DNA from: Leucoraja ocellata
Taxonomy: Eukaryota
DNA length: 64,000 nucleotides
Reading direction: 5' to 3'
Assembly (NCBI GenBank): GCA_036785375.1
Contig: JAWMAR010000006.1
Coordinates: 7,564,001-7,628,000 of the forward strand
The notes below the pieces were generated by a model that saw only the letters and a program-made list of their open reading frames with translations, had not been told where the DNA came from and ran no database searches. Positions 12,471-25,600 of this stretch are shown here, in pieces (the first letter of the stretch is position 1; the number at the start of each line of letters is the position of its first letter). The position numbers and the translations under genes are program-made.

Positions 12471-15400
12471 AGCTAAGCTTACCATGGTGTAACTTTGTTT
12501 ACAAGTGTCTGTCCATTGTTACAACAGAAAGTTACAACACCTGTAATTGAAATACATACTTCATTTAAAGTGTTTGCCCCACCTCGAAAAAAAAGTGCTT
12601 TCTGCAGCCAGAATGGCCTGTAGCTCCTTCACCCAGGTCTAGACTTAGAGGAAAGCTGACACTGACGCTGTATCAAACACTTCACCAATGAGGTTTCTAA
12701 GCAGGAAGGAGAGTTGAAAACACTTGGGGCGGTACCTCGAGTGTTTGGCTATGGTGCAAAGACGCAGGGGGTGCACAACTTGAGCATAAGAGTAGCTGCA
12801 AAGAAGCTTGAAGCGAATCAGGAAACAGAGACGACAAATCCGAAGTTGAGAATATTTTAAACATTGGTGGGCAGTCAATGCAGGTCGGAAATAACAGGGA
12901 TGACGTGTGAATGAGATACGATCTGAATTAATGTATCAACAGTAACACTGTAATGTAGATCACCACACACTGGTTTGCACTTCCTGAAACGTAGTTGGTT
13001 GCAGTTTAAGGTAACAACCAATTTTCAATCAAAAGGGAAAGGAACTGCTGATGTCAGAAATTTTAATTAAGGTTTTAAAAAAAATGCAAACTATAAAACA
13101 TGTTATAAGTTGCAGAGATGAGGGGGGGGGGTGGAAAGAACAAGGGGAATATCTGTGAGGGTGGGAGACCAAGTACTATCACAACTTTTAAGAAATATTT
13201 AGACAGGCACATGGATAGGATAGGTTTAGTGGGATATGGGACAAAAGCAGGCAGGTGGGACTAGTGTAGATGGGGCATGTTGGTCAAGGTGGGCTAGTTG
13301 GCCCAAACGCTGTATAACTGACTCTCTATGACCATGTGTTGTGGTGTTGGTTGTGTCACCCCGAGCAGGACACTCTGGTCAAATTCAATGATCCCCTTCT
13401 CCCTTGAATAGGGTCATCAGACTCACCCGTCCTGCTCCTGTGAGGGGTGAGTCTGAGGTTTACATGTTGTTAAAGAAGGAACTGCAGATGTTGGAAAATC
13501 GAAGGTACAAAGGTACAGTGGAAAATCAAAGGACCACAGAGGTTTACAGAGTGGGTCAGGACTGGGCATCTGTATTTATGCCTGGTGCAGGGTCTTGACC
13601 AGAAATGTCATCATGTACCTTTGGTCTCTGCAGATGCTGCCTGAACTTCTGAGATTTCCCAGCATTCTGCTTTTTGTATAGAAAGGAGTCGAATGAAGAG
13701 AGGGGAAACGTTGGGATAATTGTAGGATACAGAGTACAGTTGCTGGAAACATGAAATAAAAGAAAATGCTGAACATATACACAAGGTCAGGCAGCATATG
13801 TGGAGATTGAATTAACCTTACAGGCTGACAACCTTTCCCAAAAAATGGCCGGTTAGAGTCACAGAGTCATATAGCAAGGAACCAGGTCCTTTGGCCCAAC
13901 TCAACCCAGTCTGACAAAGATGCCCCCATTTAAGCTGGTCCCATTTGCCTGCGTTTGATCACTATTTCTCTAAACATTTGCTATCCATATACCTGTTCAA
14001 GGGTCTTTTAATTTCTGGTACGAATTAGTACAAACTGGAAAAGCAGCTTATCTGAAATTGTTGAATTCCTGAGAACTGCAAAAGGTCATAAGAAATAGGG
14101 GAGGAATTAGGCCATTCGGCCCATCAAGTATACTCCGCCATTCAATCATGGCTGGTCTACAGTATCTCTCCCTCCTAACCCCATTCTCCTGCCTTCTCCC
14201 CATAACCTCTGACACCTGTCCTTGTTTAGTCTATAGGTCAGCTGCTGTTTCTTAAGTTTACCAATGTCAGAATAAGTGGTAGAGGCACCAGCAATTACAA
14301 CATTTAGACATGAAAAGGAGTGGGATATGGACCAAACATAGGTAAATGGGATTAGCTGAGTTAGGGACCTTGATCAGCATGTACAGGTTGGTCTGAAGGG
14401 TCTATTTCTGTACTGAATAGCTCTATGAACCTTTGACTTACCTTGGGATTCATTGGAACAGGTCAAGAGCCAAAAACAAAGGTGCTAGAAAATGGAATGG
14501 GATGATAAAATAAAGTACTAAGCAACTGTAAGTTCAGGGTTATCCTTGTGGAGTGAAAGGAGGTATTTTGCAAAGTGATTGTCTAATCCATGTTAGGTCC
14601 CTCTGTCATAGAGGGGCCAATATTATGAGCATTGAATGCTAGGAGTACAAGTGAATTGCTGCATCACTGTGAAGGAGTGCTTGGGTCCCAAGGTGGTGGA
14701 AAGGGAAGAGGTGAAAGGATTTATTCTGAAATTGGATGGGAAGGTGCTGTGAGAAGGGCAGTGGGTGTTGATGGGAGATCGGAGAAGCAAGCAGGGAGTC
14801 ACAAAAGGTAAAGTCCCTTCAGAACTCTGAAGGGAGAATGAAGGGCAAAATGAGACTGGTGATGGTAGCAGATTGTAGATGCTGGTAATTATGGATGATC
14901 CTCTAAATTTGGAAAATAGCACGGTGGAAGTGAGGACAAAAAATACCTTGAGCTTTCTCTGGAGGTGGGAGCAAAAATGAAGGAAACAGAATAGATAGGA
15001 TTGAGAGCACCATCAGCTTTGGTGGAGGGGGGGGAGGTAGTGACAGAAACCTTAAAGTACAGGTATATATGGTGGTAACAACAAAAACAAAATGGGGCAT
15101 AGAGGTAGGGGAATGGAGTTATTACAGGGACAGGGTGGGAGAAGGCGTAACAAAGATGATTGCAGAAGTCTGTAGTCTGTATGTTCATTAGCCAGTGTCA
15201 GCGATGGTCCGTGTGAAAGTGATACCAGTGTGAAACCAAAGGTGATGAAACTTAGAGCTTTCACCACTGTCAACCATGGGTATCTTCTGCAACATCTTCG
15301 ATCCTCTTTGCCCCAGCATTTATGTTTAAATTATGAATCTACGCAGGGACTTCCCAATTATGAATGACCTGATTTGCAAAAATCCAATTTTATGCAAATT

Positions 15401-15539
15401 TTGCCATACATTTTTAAACCATTTTTTAATTAATTAATTGTATTATTGTGCACTTATTTGGGTATAATTGCATCAATGGATCTACAAAGCTGCAGCAAAT
15501 AAAAGTTCCACTGTGTTGCTGGTGGTACCCATGGCAATT

Positions 15540-15985
15540 AAACACCTGAATCGCTTGCCTATCTAAAAAAACCTGAAATGGCACTAATGCACCACCCCTG
15601 ACAGCACGCTCCAGGCCGGCACCTACCATTATCTTGCCCCACACACCTCCTTTAAACTCTCCCACTCTCACTTTAAAGTTATGCCCTCTTGTCTTTGATA
15701 TTTCCACCCTCGAAAAAAGGTTATCATCTTTGTGTGAACTTCTGTCAGATCTCTCAGTAGCCTCCAACGTTTCAGAGAAAACAACCATATCTGCCTAACG
15801 TCTCCTTATACCTAATACCTCTAATCTAGGCATCAGTCTGGTAAACCTTTTCTGAGCCATCACCGAAACTTCCACATCCTTCCTGTAATGAGGCAACCAG
15901 AACTGCATGCAATGCACCAAATGCAGACTCACCAAAGATTTATATAGCTGCAACACAACTTCCTGACTCTTATACTCAATGCCCA
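15540..15985 (-). mobile_element. CR1/HER1 LINE 3' fragment (rearranged)
   Basis: GIEYKSQEVVLQLYKSLV..HL..CMQFWLPHYRKDV and SKTRGHNFKVR. Similar fragments near 9400-9770(-), 23690-24190(-), 27730-28190(+) and 34870-35520(+). Confidence 0.85.
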
Positions 15986-16045
15986 ATGACTGCAAGCATA
16001 CACAATGTGTAGGTAGAAACTGCAGATGTTGGTTTGTACCAAAAA

Positions 16046-16204
16046 TAGACACAAAATGCTGGAATAACTCAACGGGTCAGTCAGCATCTCTGGAGAAAAA
16101 GAATAGGTGACGTTTCAGGTCGAAACCTTTCTTAACGTCACCCAGTCTTTGTCTCCAGAGATGCTGCCTGGCCCGCCAAGTTACTCCAGCATTTTGTGTC
16201 TATC
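16046..16204. mobile_element. Penelope-derived fold-back element (inverted pLTR pair)
   Basis: GACACAAAATGCTGGA.TAACT...GGTGACGTT followed by its reverse complement AACGTCACC...AGTTACTCCAGCATTTTGTGTC. Confidence 0.75.
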
Positions 16205-17805
16205 TGCAAGCTTACATATGCCTTCTTAACCACTCCATCTACTTGGGTTGCTACCTTTAGGGAGTTATGGACTTGGACCCCAGGATCGCTTTGTACATCA
16301 ATACTCAATGCTGTTTAAGGTTCTTTTGGCACCCAGGGAACCAAACCCCTGGTGGACATAGTTGACTGTAGATGCCCCAGTGATGTATTACCACATGCTC
16401 CTCTCCCCACCCCCACTCACTCAGTGTGGGAGGAAGTGCACAACATAACTGTGGATCTGCCTCAGTCTAAAGAAGGGTCTCGACCTGAAATGTAAAACCC
16501 ATTCCTTCTCTCCAGAGCCTGTCCCGCTGAGTTACTCCAGCATTTTGTGTCTATCTTCGCTGCAGTAAATAAACCGGGCTCAGGGAGACGGGCGAGTAAG
16601 CATGACAAATTAGCCATTTACATTTCCACCGTGAACCTGTGTCAAACGGAAACAAAAAGCCCCCAGCTCACAATCCCCAGCCCTCCCTGAAGTCGTGGAG
16701 CAGAACCGCGTACATCTCTTACTTGTTTAATTTCTCCGTCCCATCAGGCTGGATGTGATCTGACATTTGCCCCATAGTCGGGGCCACAGTGTCCACTAAC
16801 CTTCTCGAGGTCCCCACCTTCTGCTCCGGTTGTTGCGTGCCTGCAGGAACCCTTCTCTCCAGTTGCAAGTAGATCTCTGGTCTGATCCTCACCAACAGCG
16901 GCTGGTCCCTTGCCCTCGCCCTCCACACACGACGGCTGCACAGACTGGCAGAGTTCAACCGCTCTCGTCGCTTATCAAAACACTGGCTCCTCCTCGGTCG
17001 ACACTAGATGTGACCGCCTATTTTTCTATCCTTATGGTGTTTGTTCACAGCAAACTGACGATACATTTTTGCGACTGAACTTCCTCCTCTCCCCTTTGTT
17101 ACTAAGTTTCCACTGATCAACCTCAGGCAAGAACTCATTAAATATAACCATATAACGATCACAGCACGGAAACAGGCCATCTCGACCCTTCTAGTCTGTG
17201 CTGATCTCTGGAAACAAGTTATATAATCATAGACACAAAATGCTGGAGTAACTCAACGGGACAGGTAGCATCTCTGGTGAGATGGAATGGGTGACCTTAT
17301 CGAATCATAGAATTAAACAGGCCCTTCGGCTAATTTGCCCACACCGACCAACATGTCCCGACTTCATTAATCCCATCTACCTACTTTGGGCACATATCCC
17401 TATAAACCTACCCTATCCATGTACTAAAAGTTTCTTAAACGTTGCGAATGTACCTGCCTCAACTACCTCCTCCGGCAGCTTATTCCATATACCCACAACC
17501 CTTTGTATAAAAAAGCTACCCCTCAAATTCCCATTAAATCCTCACCCAACCCACCTTAAACCTTTGGTTCGGAGAGATTGAAGGAATGCTTTTCCAGGGT
17601 TTAAATAAAAGCAGATAATGGTGGACATATTCAACAAGTCAAGAAGCAGAAAAACAGACTCCAGTCAAGAACTAAGAGTGTTTTATTGTCAAATGTCCCA
17701 GATTGAACAATGAAATTCTTACTTGCTGCAGCACAACAGAATATGTAAACATAGTACACTGTAAACAAAATGATAAACAAGAGAAAGGAAAAAAGAAAAA
17801 AGATA

Positions 17806-17998
17806 AGGTACACAAAAATGCTGGAGAAACTCAGCGGGTGCAGCAGCATCTATGGAGCGAAGGAAATAAGCAACCCAAGGGTTTCGGCCCAAAACGTTGC
17901 CTATTTCCTTCGCTCCATAGATGCTGCTGCACCCGCTGAGTTTCTCCAGCATTTTTGTGTACCTTCGATTTTCCAGCATCTGCAGTTTCTTCTTAAAC
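17806..17998 (+). mobile_element. Young Penelope-derived fold-back insertion with a 14-bp TSD
   Basis: Near-perfect arms of about 70 bp (17805-17965). AAAGAAAAAAGATA is duplicated at 17792-17805 and 17999-18012. Confidence 0.85.
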
Positions 17999-18083
17999 AA
18001 AGAAAAAAGATAGTTCAGTGCATATATACACATACTCACAAGCACACTTACACACATACTCAAAAAACAAACAATAGTAGTGC

Positions 18084-18084
<1 letters not shown>

Positions 18085-18123
<39 letters not shown>
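18085..18123. repeat. (AAT)n microsatellite
   Basis: About 13 AAT units. Confidence 0.95.
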
Positions 18124-20259
18124 GTCTATTGTAGTTCAGAGCTTATTTGAGGTTGTAGTGTTTAATAGCCTGATGGCTGTAGGGAAAAAGCTGTTCCTGA
18201 ACCTGGACTTTACAGTTTTCATGCTCCTGTACCTTCTTCCCGACGGCAGTTGTGAAATGAGTGTGTGGCCAGGATGGTGTGGGTCTTTGATGATGTTAGC
18301 TGCCTTAGATGATGTTAGATGATGTTAGGCAGCAACTTCGATAAATCCCTTCAATAGTGGGGAGGTCGGAGTCGGTGATGGACTGGGCAGTGTTCGCCAC
18401 TTTTGGCAGTCTTTTCCGCTCCTGGACATTCAAGTTGCTGAACCAGGCCATGATGCAACCAGTCAATATGCTCTCTACTGTACCGAACAGACTCAATGTT
18501 TGCTATGATCAACCAGGCAACATATGATAACATTTTACCAAGAGAGTAAGATTAAATGTAAATGTAAAGATTGAAGATGTACATCAACAGTTTAATCAAT
18601 ATTAACTTTGTATTAGGTCATTTAAAAAAAAAATCATTTTTCAGTATCTGGCTAACACTGACATTTCTTGCTCATCCCACATTGCTCTTGTGATGGTGGC
18701 AGTCGGCTGTCTTCTTGAACCGTTATAGTCCACGGATTGGAGGTGTCCCCAGAGTGTTGTTGAGGAAGAAGCTCAAGGATTTATTCTGGCGATAAAATCC
18801 CAACTCAGGATAAATAGCGATTTGAAGAGGAACCCATAAAAATACTCAGCTGATCAAGCAGCATCTGTGGGGGGGGGAGGGGTGGGGGGGACGGGGGGAC
18901 GGGGAGGCTGTTGATGTTTGGGGTCGAAATCCTGCATCAGGACACTGATGAAGTGTTGGTATTTCCATGCTGGTCCTCAGTGTTCCCATCAGTGGCGGTG
19001 TTCCCACTGCCTTTCTACGGGTCCTTCTTGATAACAGGAATTAGGAGTTGCTGTCATAGCCTGGGCAAGTAACTGGAGTGCATTTTGCAGATGGTGCAAG
19101 CTATGATGTTCATCATGATGGTACATCAAAAGAATGTTCAGGTTGGTGGATGGAGCGCTGATCAACTGGGCTGCTTTGCCCTGGATAGTATTGAGTTTCT
19201 TGAATGAGACCCGTACTAATCCAGGCAAGTGGAGAGCATTCTAATACACAATGGACTCGTGCCTTGTAGGTGGGGGAAAAGAAAGGGGAGCTCTTACCCC
19301 GAAGGGAATACCTGAAAGAGTGGTGATGGCAGATGTACTGACAGCATTTAATAAGTGTCTAAACGAGCACTTGAATGGTCTCACCATAGAAGTCTACAGG
19401 CCAAGTGCTGAAAGATGGTGTCAATAGGGATGATGCCGCTGCTTGGCAAAGGTGTAGTGAGCTGACTGGTCTGTTGACTCTAGGTTGAGGATCATGGAAT
19501 ATCCAGCCTCTTGTTGCCACGTGATATATGTGGCTGCCAGTTCAGTTTCTGATCAATGGTGAGCCCAGAGTGTTGAAGTTTGATCCGCTGACCTGTAGAA
19601 AACCAATCCATAACTTGGAGAGTTTCTCATCCCAATAACTGACATATCTACCTCCTGACCCCAACGTTGAACTGGAGTGAATGGGTGATTGATAGTTGGC
19701 ATGGACACAGTGGGCCAGTCTGAAGAAGGGTCTCGACCCAAAACATAACCTTTTCCTTTATCTCCAGAGATGTTGTCTGACCCACTGAGTTACTCCAGCT
19801 TTTTGTTTCTATCTTTGGGCCATAGGGCCTGTTTGCAAGCTATATCTTTCAATAAATGAACCAATCAATTCTATGGCCGGGCCTGGACTCCATCCTAAAG
19901 AATTCTTGAAGTGACACTTGGACTTTTGGAACCTAAAGACTCATTGTAAGGTCTACCCATAGCATTGAAACTCTCTGTTCATTTTTGTCATTGTAAGATT
20001 TCCTCACTCATGCAAACATACCACAACTCTATTCTGAAGTTCGCTAGGGTGTATAAAATGTAATGTAAAATTATTTTCCATGAGAGTCAGGCAGCAAGCA
20101 GCACAGTTTGTGCAGATAACCACCAACGCACCCGTATCAAACTTTCTGACCACACATAACTTGAGTCAACATATTGGATCTTTGTGCAGCTGAATAATCA
20201 AACGGATCCAATGCACTTGTTATTTTTGCTTTTGAAATCATGTACCCGAGACGTGCACC

Positions 20260-20565
20260 CAGTATTTTGCAATTCCTGTCACATGACTTTTGCAACTTCT
20301 CCTATCGAGGTTTCGACTTATTAAAGTAACTATTTCAGGTCTCGGGACCGGCTTACTGAAAACGAGAGGAAGTTGGAGGTTAAATATCAATATGCCGCAC
20401 GCAGTTTGCTCAATTGCTCCCTTAGCAACCAGAACTAGGAACAAGCGGTTTTGTAATATCAGTTAATCGAAAAATATCCTGCTACCAAGGCAGTTTTGTG
20501 TCAGAAGTGAAACTGCACTTCTAACTTTCAATCATGTGAAGAATCCCTGACACAATGAGTCATCA
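20260..20565. promoter_or_regulatory. Candidate myeloid/lysosomal enhancer or promoter upstream of the cathepsin gene
   Basis: GTCACATGAC (CLEAR/M-box-like, 20278-20287), GAGGAAGT (PU.1, 20366-20373), GAAGTGAAACT (IRF/EICE-like, 20504-20514), TCATGTGA (M-box, 20532-20539), TGAGTCA (AP-1, 20556-20562) and TTTTGCAAT (C/EBP-like) within a CpG-retaining, non-repeat stretch. Confidence 0.5.
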
Positions 20566-21792
20566 TGACGATGAAGGAAACCAGTTAGCCCAATTACCTC
20601 AAAAGTGTATCTGCAATTTCCCATTGAAGCCAGGTGTTTACTTCCATAACTCTAGAAGGCAGTGCCCGCCACTCAGTGTAAAAGTGTTCTTCAGATCCAC
20701 CCACCCTCTCCACATTGCTTACCCAAAAATCTCTGTCCTTCGTGCTTGCACCATCTTTGTCTGCGTTATTTAAACCTGTTATAATCTTGTCCACCCCTGT
20801 CAAATCTTCCCTCTGCCTCCTTTGCTCCCTCAGTCTAACCTTGCGGCTGATATCCCAGGATCCATTCTACGAACTACCTTGTCTGCACCCTCACAAGGAC
20901 CGTCATGTCTTCCTACATGATGTGACCAAATTTGGACACAGTACTCTCATTGTGCTTTATAAAGGTTCATCATAACTTCTCTACTTTTGTAAAACTCCAT
21001 TAATCTGGAATGTTCAGCACTTTTGTGTTGTTGGGTGGGTGGATTTTCTGGATTATTGGATGTTATTCTAGTAATACCCCAGCACACTTTTAATAATGTT
21101 ATACAAATTTAATGATGTTGAAAGATGTTGCACAGTAACAGTTCAGTAGACAAGGTAAGTTTAAAGGGAAGCAAAAAAATGCTGGAGGAACTCAGTGGAT
21201 CAGGCAGCTTCTTTGGAGGGAAATAGATAGACAACGTTTTGCGTCGGGATCCTTCAGACATCATAGGATGGTGAACGGGGTAACAAGGGAGTCGGAGAGA
21301 GGATGAGAATTCCAAAAAACATTTGTTGGTGAACCAGATGGCAAACAGTCAGATAACAGAGTTTTACTCTTTCCCTATTTATTGCTAATAACTCTCTTAA
21401 TTATAGTTTTAGTTTTAGAGATACAGTGCGGAAACAGGCATTTCGGCCCACCGAATCCACACCGACCCGTGATCCCTGTACATTGACGCAATCCTACACA
21501 CACTAGGGACATGTTATACTTATTCCCAGCCAATGAACCTACAAACCCATACGTCTTTGGAGTGTGGGAGGAAATCGAAGATCTCAGGGAAAACCTATGC
21601 GATTACGGGGAGAACGTACAAACTCTGTGCAGACAGCACTCATAATCGGGATCAAGCCCAGGTCTCGGGTGCTGCAAGGGCTGTACATTAAAAATTCGTA
21701 GAGGATTGGACAAGGTAGATGCAGGAAAAATGTCCCCAATTTTGAGAGAGTCCGGAACCAGGGGTCACAGTTTAAGAATAAGGGGTTGGCCA

Positions 21793-22672
21793 AATAACCC
21801 CACTCTCACCATCGACGGCACCACTGTCTCCCCATCTCCCCAGGCCTGCAACCTTGGCGTGATCTTTGATTCCACCCTCTCCCTTGAGCCTCACATCCGC
21901 CATGTCATTAAAACCTCCTTCTTTCATCTCCGCAACATCGCCAAACTCAGACCCTCTCTCACACCTCCCGCTGCTGAAAGACTCATCCATGCCTTCATCT
22001 CCTCCCGACTGGACTATTGCAACTCACTTCTCCTTGGCATCAGCTCCACCTACATCAACCGACTCCAACTGGTCCAGAACGCAGCCGCCCGACTCATCAC
22101 CCACACCAAATCCTGGCATCACATCACTCCAGTCCTCAAACAACTTCACTGGCTTCCCATCTCCCACCGGATCACCTACAAAATCCTGATCCTCACCTAC
22201 AAAGCCCTCCACCATCTGCCCCCTCCCCCATATCCCACTGACCTCCTCTCCCCCTACCAACCCTCACGGTCCCTCAGATCCACATCAGCTGGTCTCCTCT
22301 CCATCCACAAGTCCAACCTCCGCAGTTTTGGGGACAGAGCCTTCTCCAGGGCAGCTCCCAGGCTCTGGAACTCCCTCCCCCAACTGATCCGCAATTCCGT
22401 ATCCCTCACCATCTTCCAGTCCCGCCTCAAGACCCATCTCTTCACTTCTGCCTATCCTTAGCCCCACGTCCCCCTCCCTTTTCATCTGTGCATTAATTGC
22501 CTCATACTGTGTTTTGTATTGAATTCTGTATTTACTTTGTGTACTAGTCATGTCTCTACTATTTATTTCATTCCCCTTACATGTTTTCCTCTACCTGCTA
22601 AACTTTTGTAAGGTGTCCTTGAGACTCTTGAAAGGCGCCCATAAATAAAATTTATTATTATTATTATTATTA
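21793..22672 (+). mobile_element. 5'-truncated L2-clade LINE with an uninterrupted ORF2 C-terminus, nested in a CR1 3' end (about 21690-22915)
   Basis: NLGVIFDS...SRLDYCNSLL...LQLVQNAAARL...HITPVLKQLHWLP. Ends in AATAAA plus (ATT)n. The CR1 sequence AGAATAAGGGGTTGGCC-ATTTAGAACTGAGATGAGG is split by the insertion. Confidence 0.92.
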
Positions 22673-25600
22673 TTTAGAACTGAGATGAGGAGAAACTTTT
22701 TCACCCAGAGTTGTGAATCTGTGGAATTCTCTTCCACAGAAGGCAGTGGAGGACAATTCACTGGATGTTTTCATGCAAGAGTTAGATTTAGCTCTTAGGG
22801 CTAAGAGTATCAAGGGATATGGGGAAAAAGCCGGAACCGGATACTGATTTTGGATGATCAGCCATGATCATATTGAATGGCAGTGCTGGTTCGAAGGGCC
22901 AAATGGCCTACTCCTGCGCCACCGTGTCGCACTGCGTCCTAAAAAAACATGCAGATGAGCCTACATCTTTGACTCTGCACATTCATAGAAGGAAAGCATC
23001 CACCAAAGTATCCACCTCACACTTCTCTATGCAATTCTCCACACACTTGCTCATTTGTGACGTTACAGTTGATTGATATCAACCTCACTGCATGCCGAGA
23101 CTCCATGATTGGTATCATTGACAATTCATGACATTTCACTCAGTACACCAATATTCTCAGCTATTGATTAAAAAAAAAGGCACTCCAACTCTGAGCCCAG
23201 AGAGGGCCAGGCTCTAACATTCACCAATCTGAAAATAAACTTCAAGACAATTTTTCCCAATGTTTACAGTGACAGATTTTTTAAGCTTTAACTGAAAATC
23301 ATGCGAGAAAGCTGATGAATTGGAGATTCTGACGAGGAAGTGCAACCAGTTTCATGCTCAGTTCACAATTTCTGGGGAAAATGGCATCCTGAACCTCTGA
23401 CTACTTCCACAACCCAACATCAACACTCAATATTGGCAGCCTGCACCACTGCTGCCATCACTGTGGAACCTCACAACTTCTACACCTCTCCACAAGACAC
23501 TTGTAAAAAGCTGAACTGAAAACAGAGTGCACTGGAAATACTGAGCAGATCTGGCAACTTCCATGGCACGAGAAACAGAGTTAATGTTTCAGGTTAAATA
23601 ATATATAATAATAAAGCATAGAAAAGGCCCTATGTCTGCCATGACCATGATTCCACTCGAGTTAATCCCATCTGCCTGCATGTACTCAGTGTCCCTCTAC
23701 TCCATGCCTGTCCATGTGTCTGCTAAATGCCTATTAAATATTGCTGTTGTATCTGCTCCCATTGCCTTCCCTAGCAGCATGTTCTGGGCACAAACCATTC
23801 TGAGTATAACAAGACTTGCCTTACAAATCTCCTTTAAACTTTGTCCCACTCACTTTAACTCTATGACTTGCAGCATTTGATATTTCTACCCTGGGAATTT
23901 TACATATGCCTCTCATAATGTTATACACTTCATTCAGCACGCCCCTCAGCCTCTGACACTGGAATGAAAACATGTTTGTTCAAGCTTCCCTTACTGCTAA
24001 TACATTCCAATCCAGGTAACATCCTAGTAAATCTCTTCTGCAATCTCTCCAAAGCCTCCACATTGGTCCTGTAGTAGGGCGATCACACAAAACCTTAAAG
24101 ATGGCGTAAACAAAGTTTTCTGCGGCTGCACCTGACTTCTCAACCGTTATATCCCATGACCCATCGATGAAGGCAAACATACTGCACATCTACTCAATCC
24201 ACTTGATCCTACCCTTGATATACGACTCAGTAGCCTGTAACTTCAAGGATTATCCCCTTTGGCCTTTTTGAACAGGTACCACCTGCTCTGGAAAGGAGCC
24301 CAATGATCCAGCTAAATGAAACCCTTCTTCCCACGCCAGTTCTTTAGCCGTGGATTGTACGGCACTCTCATCCTATTTCTAAAAATCACTTGCATGTGGC
24401 ACAGGCTGTAAACCTGAAATTTAAAATGTCAGAGGCTCTACTTTGTAACTTTCTATCTACTTCCAAAACATTCTTTATAGGTGGATCTTGCCTCTTTTTC
24501 TGCCTATGGCGTTGATGCCACTGTGGACCATGACATCAGGCTGTTCAGCCTCCCCTTTCACAATGTCAGAGACATCTTTGACCCTGGCACCAGGGAGGCA
24601 ACACATCATCTTGACGTCCAGTTATTGACACGGAAACACCCATCTGTGGCCCTAATTATATAGTTCCGATCACCACCGCTGCCTTACCCTTTGACCCTCC
24701 CTGCTCCACCACAGAGGCAGCTGTAGTGCCACTGATACTGGCTGGTGTTGTTGCTTTTCTTGAGAGAGTATCCCCTTCCGCAACGGTATCCAAAGCTGTT
24801 AGAGAGGGGATAACCTTTCATCAGCACTGGGAAAAGTTGGAGATTGGCTGGGCTGGAGAGAAAAGCAGACATGCCATCTTTTCCACATTTACATTGCTCC
24901 TCTGTAGTACGGTGAAGGGGGGGGGATGATGTAGTGAGACAAGCAATGGTGGATCTGTCTGAAAGAGAAAAGGTGTGACTAATACTCACCACCACTTATG
25001 TCAATGATCTTACTTGCTCATCACCCAACACGGAGCTTTCTTCAATCTGCAATGTTAACTGTTTCTCTTTCCACGGATGTGGGCTGATCTGATTTTTTCC
25101 CACAGCAGTTTGTTTCAAATTTCCAGCTGATTTCCAGCCAGATTTAAAACTAAACTAACGTTGGAAATCTGAACAAAAAGCAGAAAATGCTGGGAAAAAA
25201 ACAGATCAGGCAACATCCGTAGAAAGAGGAACAGTTAACACTGGTTGAAGAAAGGTCTGTTTTCCCCTTTGTTCTAGTTTTCCCCATTTGTTTCAGATTC
25301 CAGCATCTACAGCTTTGCTTTTGATTTTTACAGATCTTACTGTTCTCCCCACCTCCTCCCCTTCCTCTGCAATTTTAAGCAATTTTATGTCTTTAACTTT
25401 CTCTTGTTCCGTTCAATGTTCATCAACCTGAAAGGTTTACTCTGCTTCTCTCTCGACAGATGCTATATCAGCAACAATGTTTCCAATTCCTGCTCCATTC
25501 CAGTGGGATTGGCTACTGGGTGAGGATGAGCCTGACAATAAGGGGGGAAGTTTCAGGAGAGAGAATGGTGGAGACCAGGACAAAACAATACAGCCAGCCC

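Noticed and set aside
21706-22461. 251-aa ORF as a host gene
   Set aside because: It is a chance fusion of a CR1 fragment with a truncated L2 ORF2.
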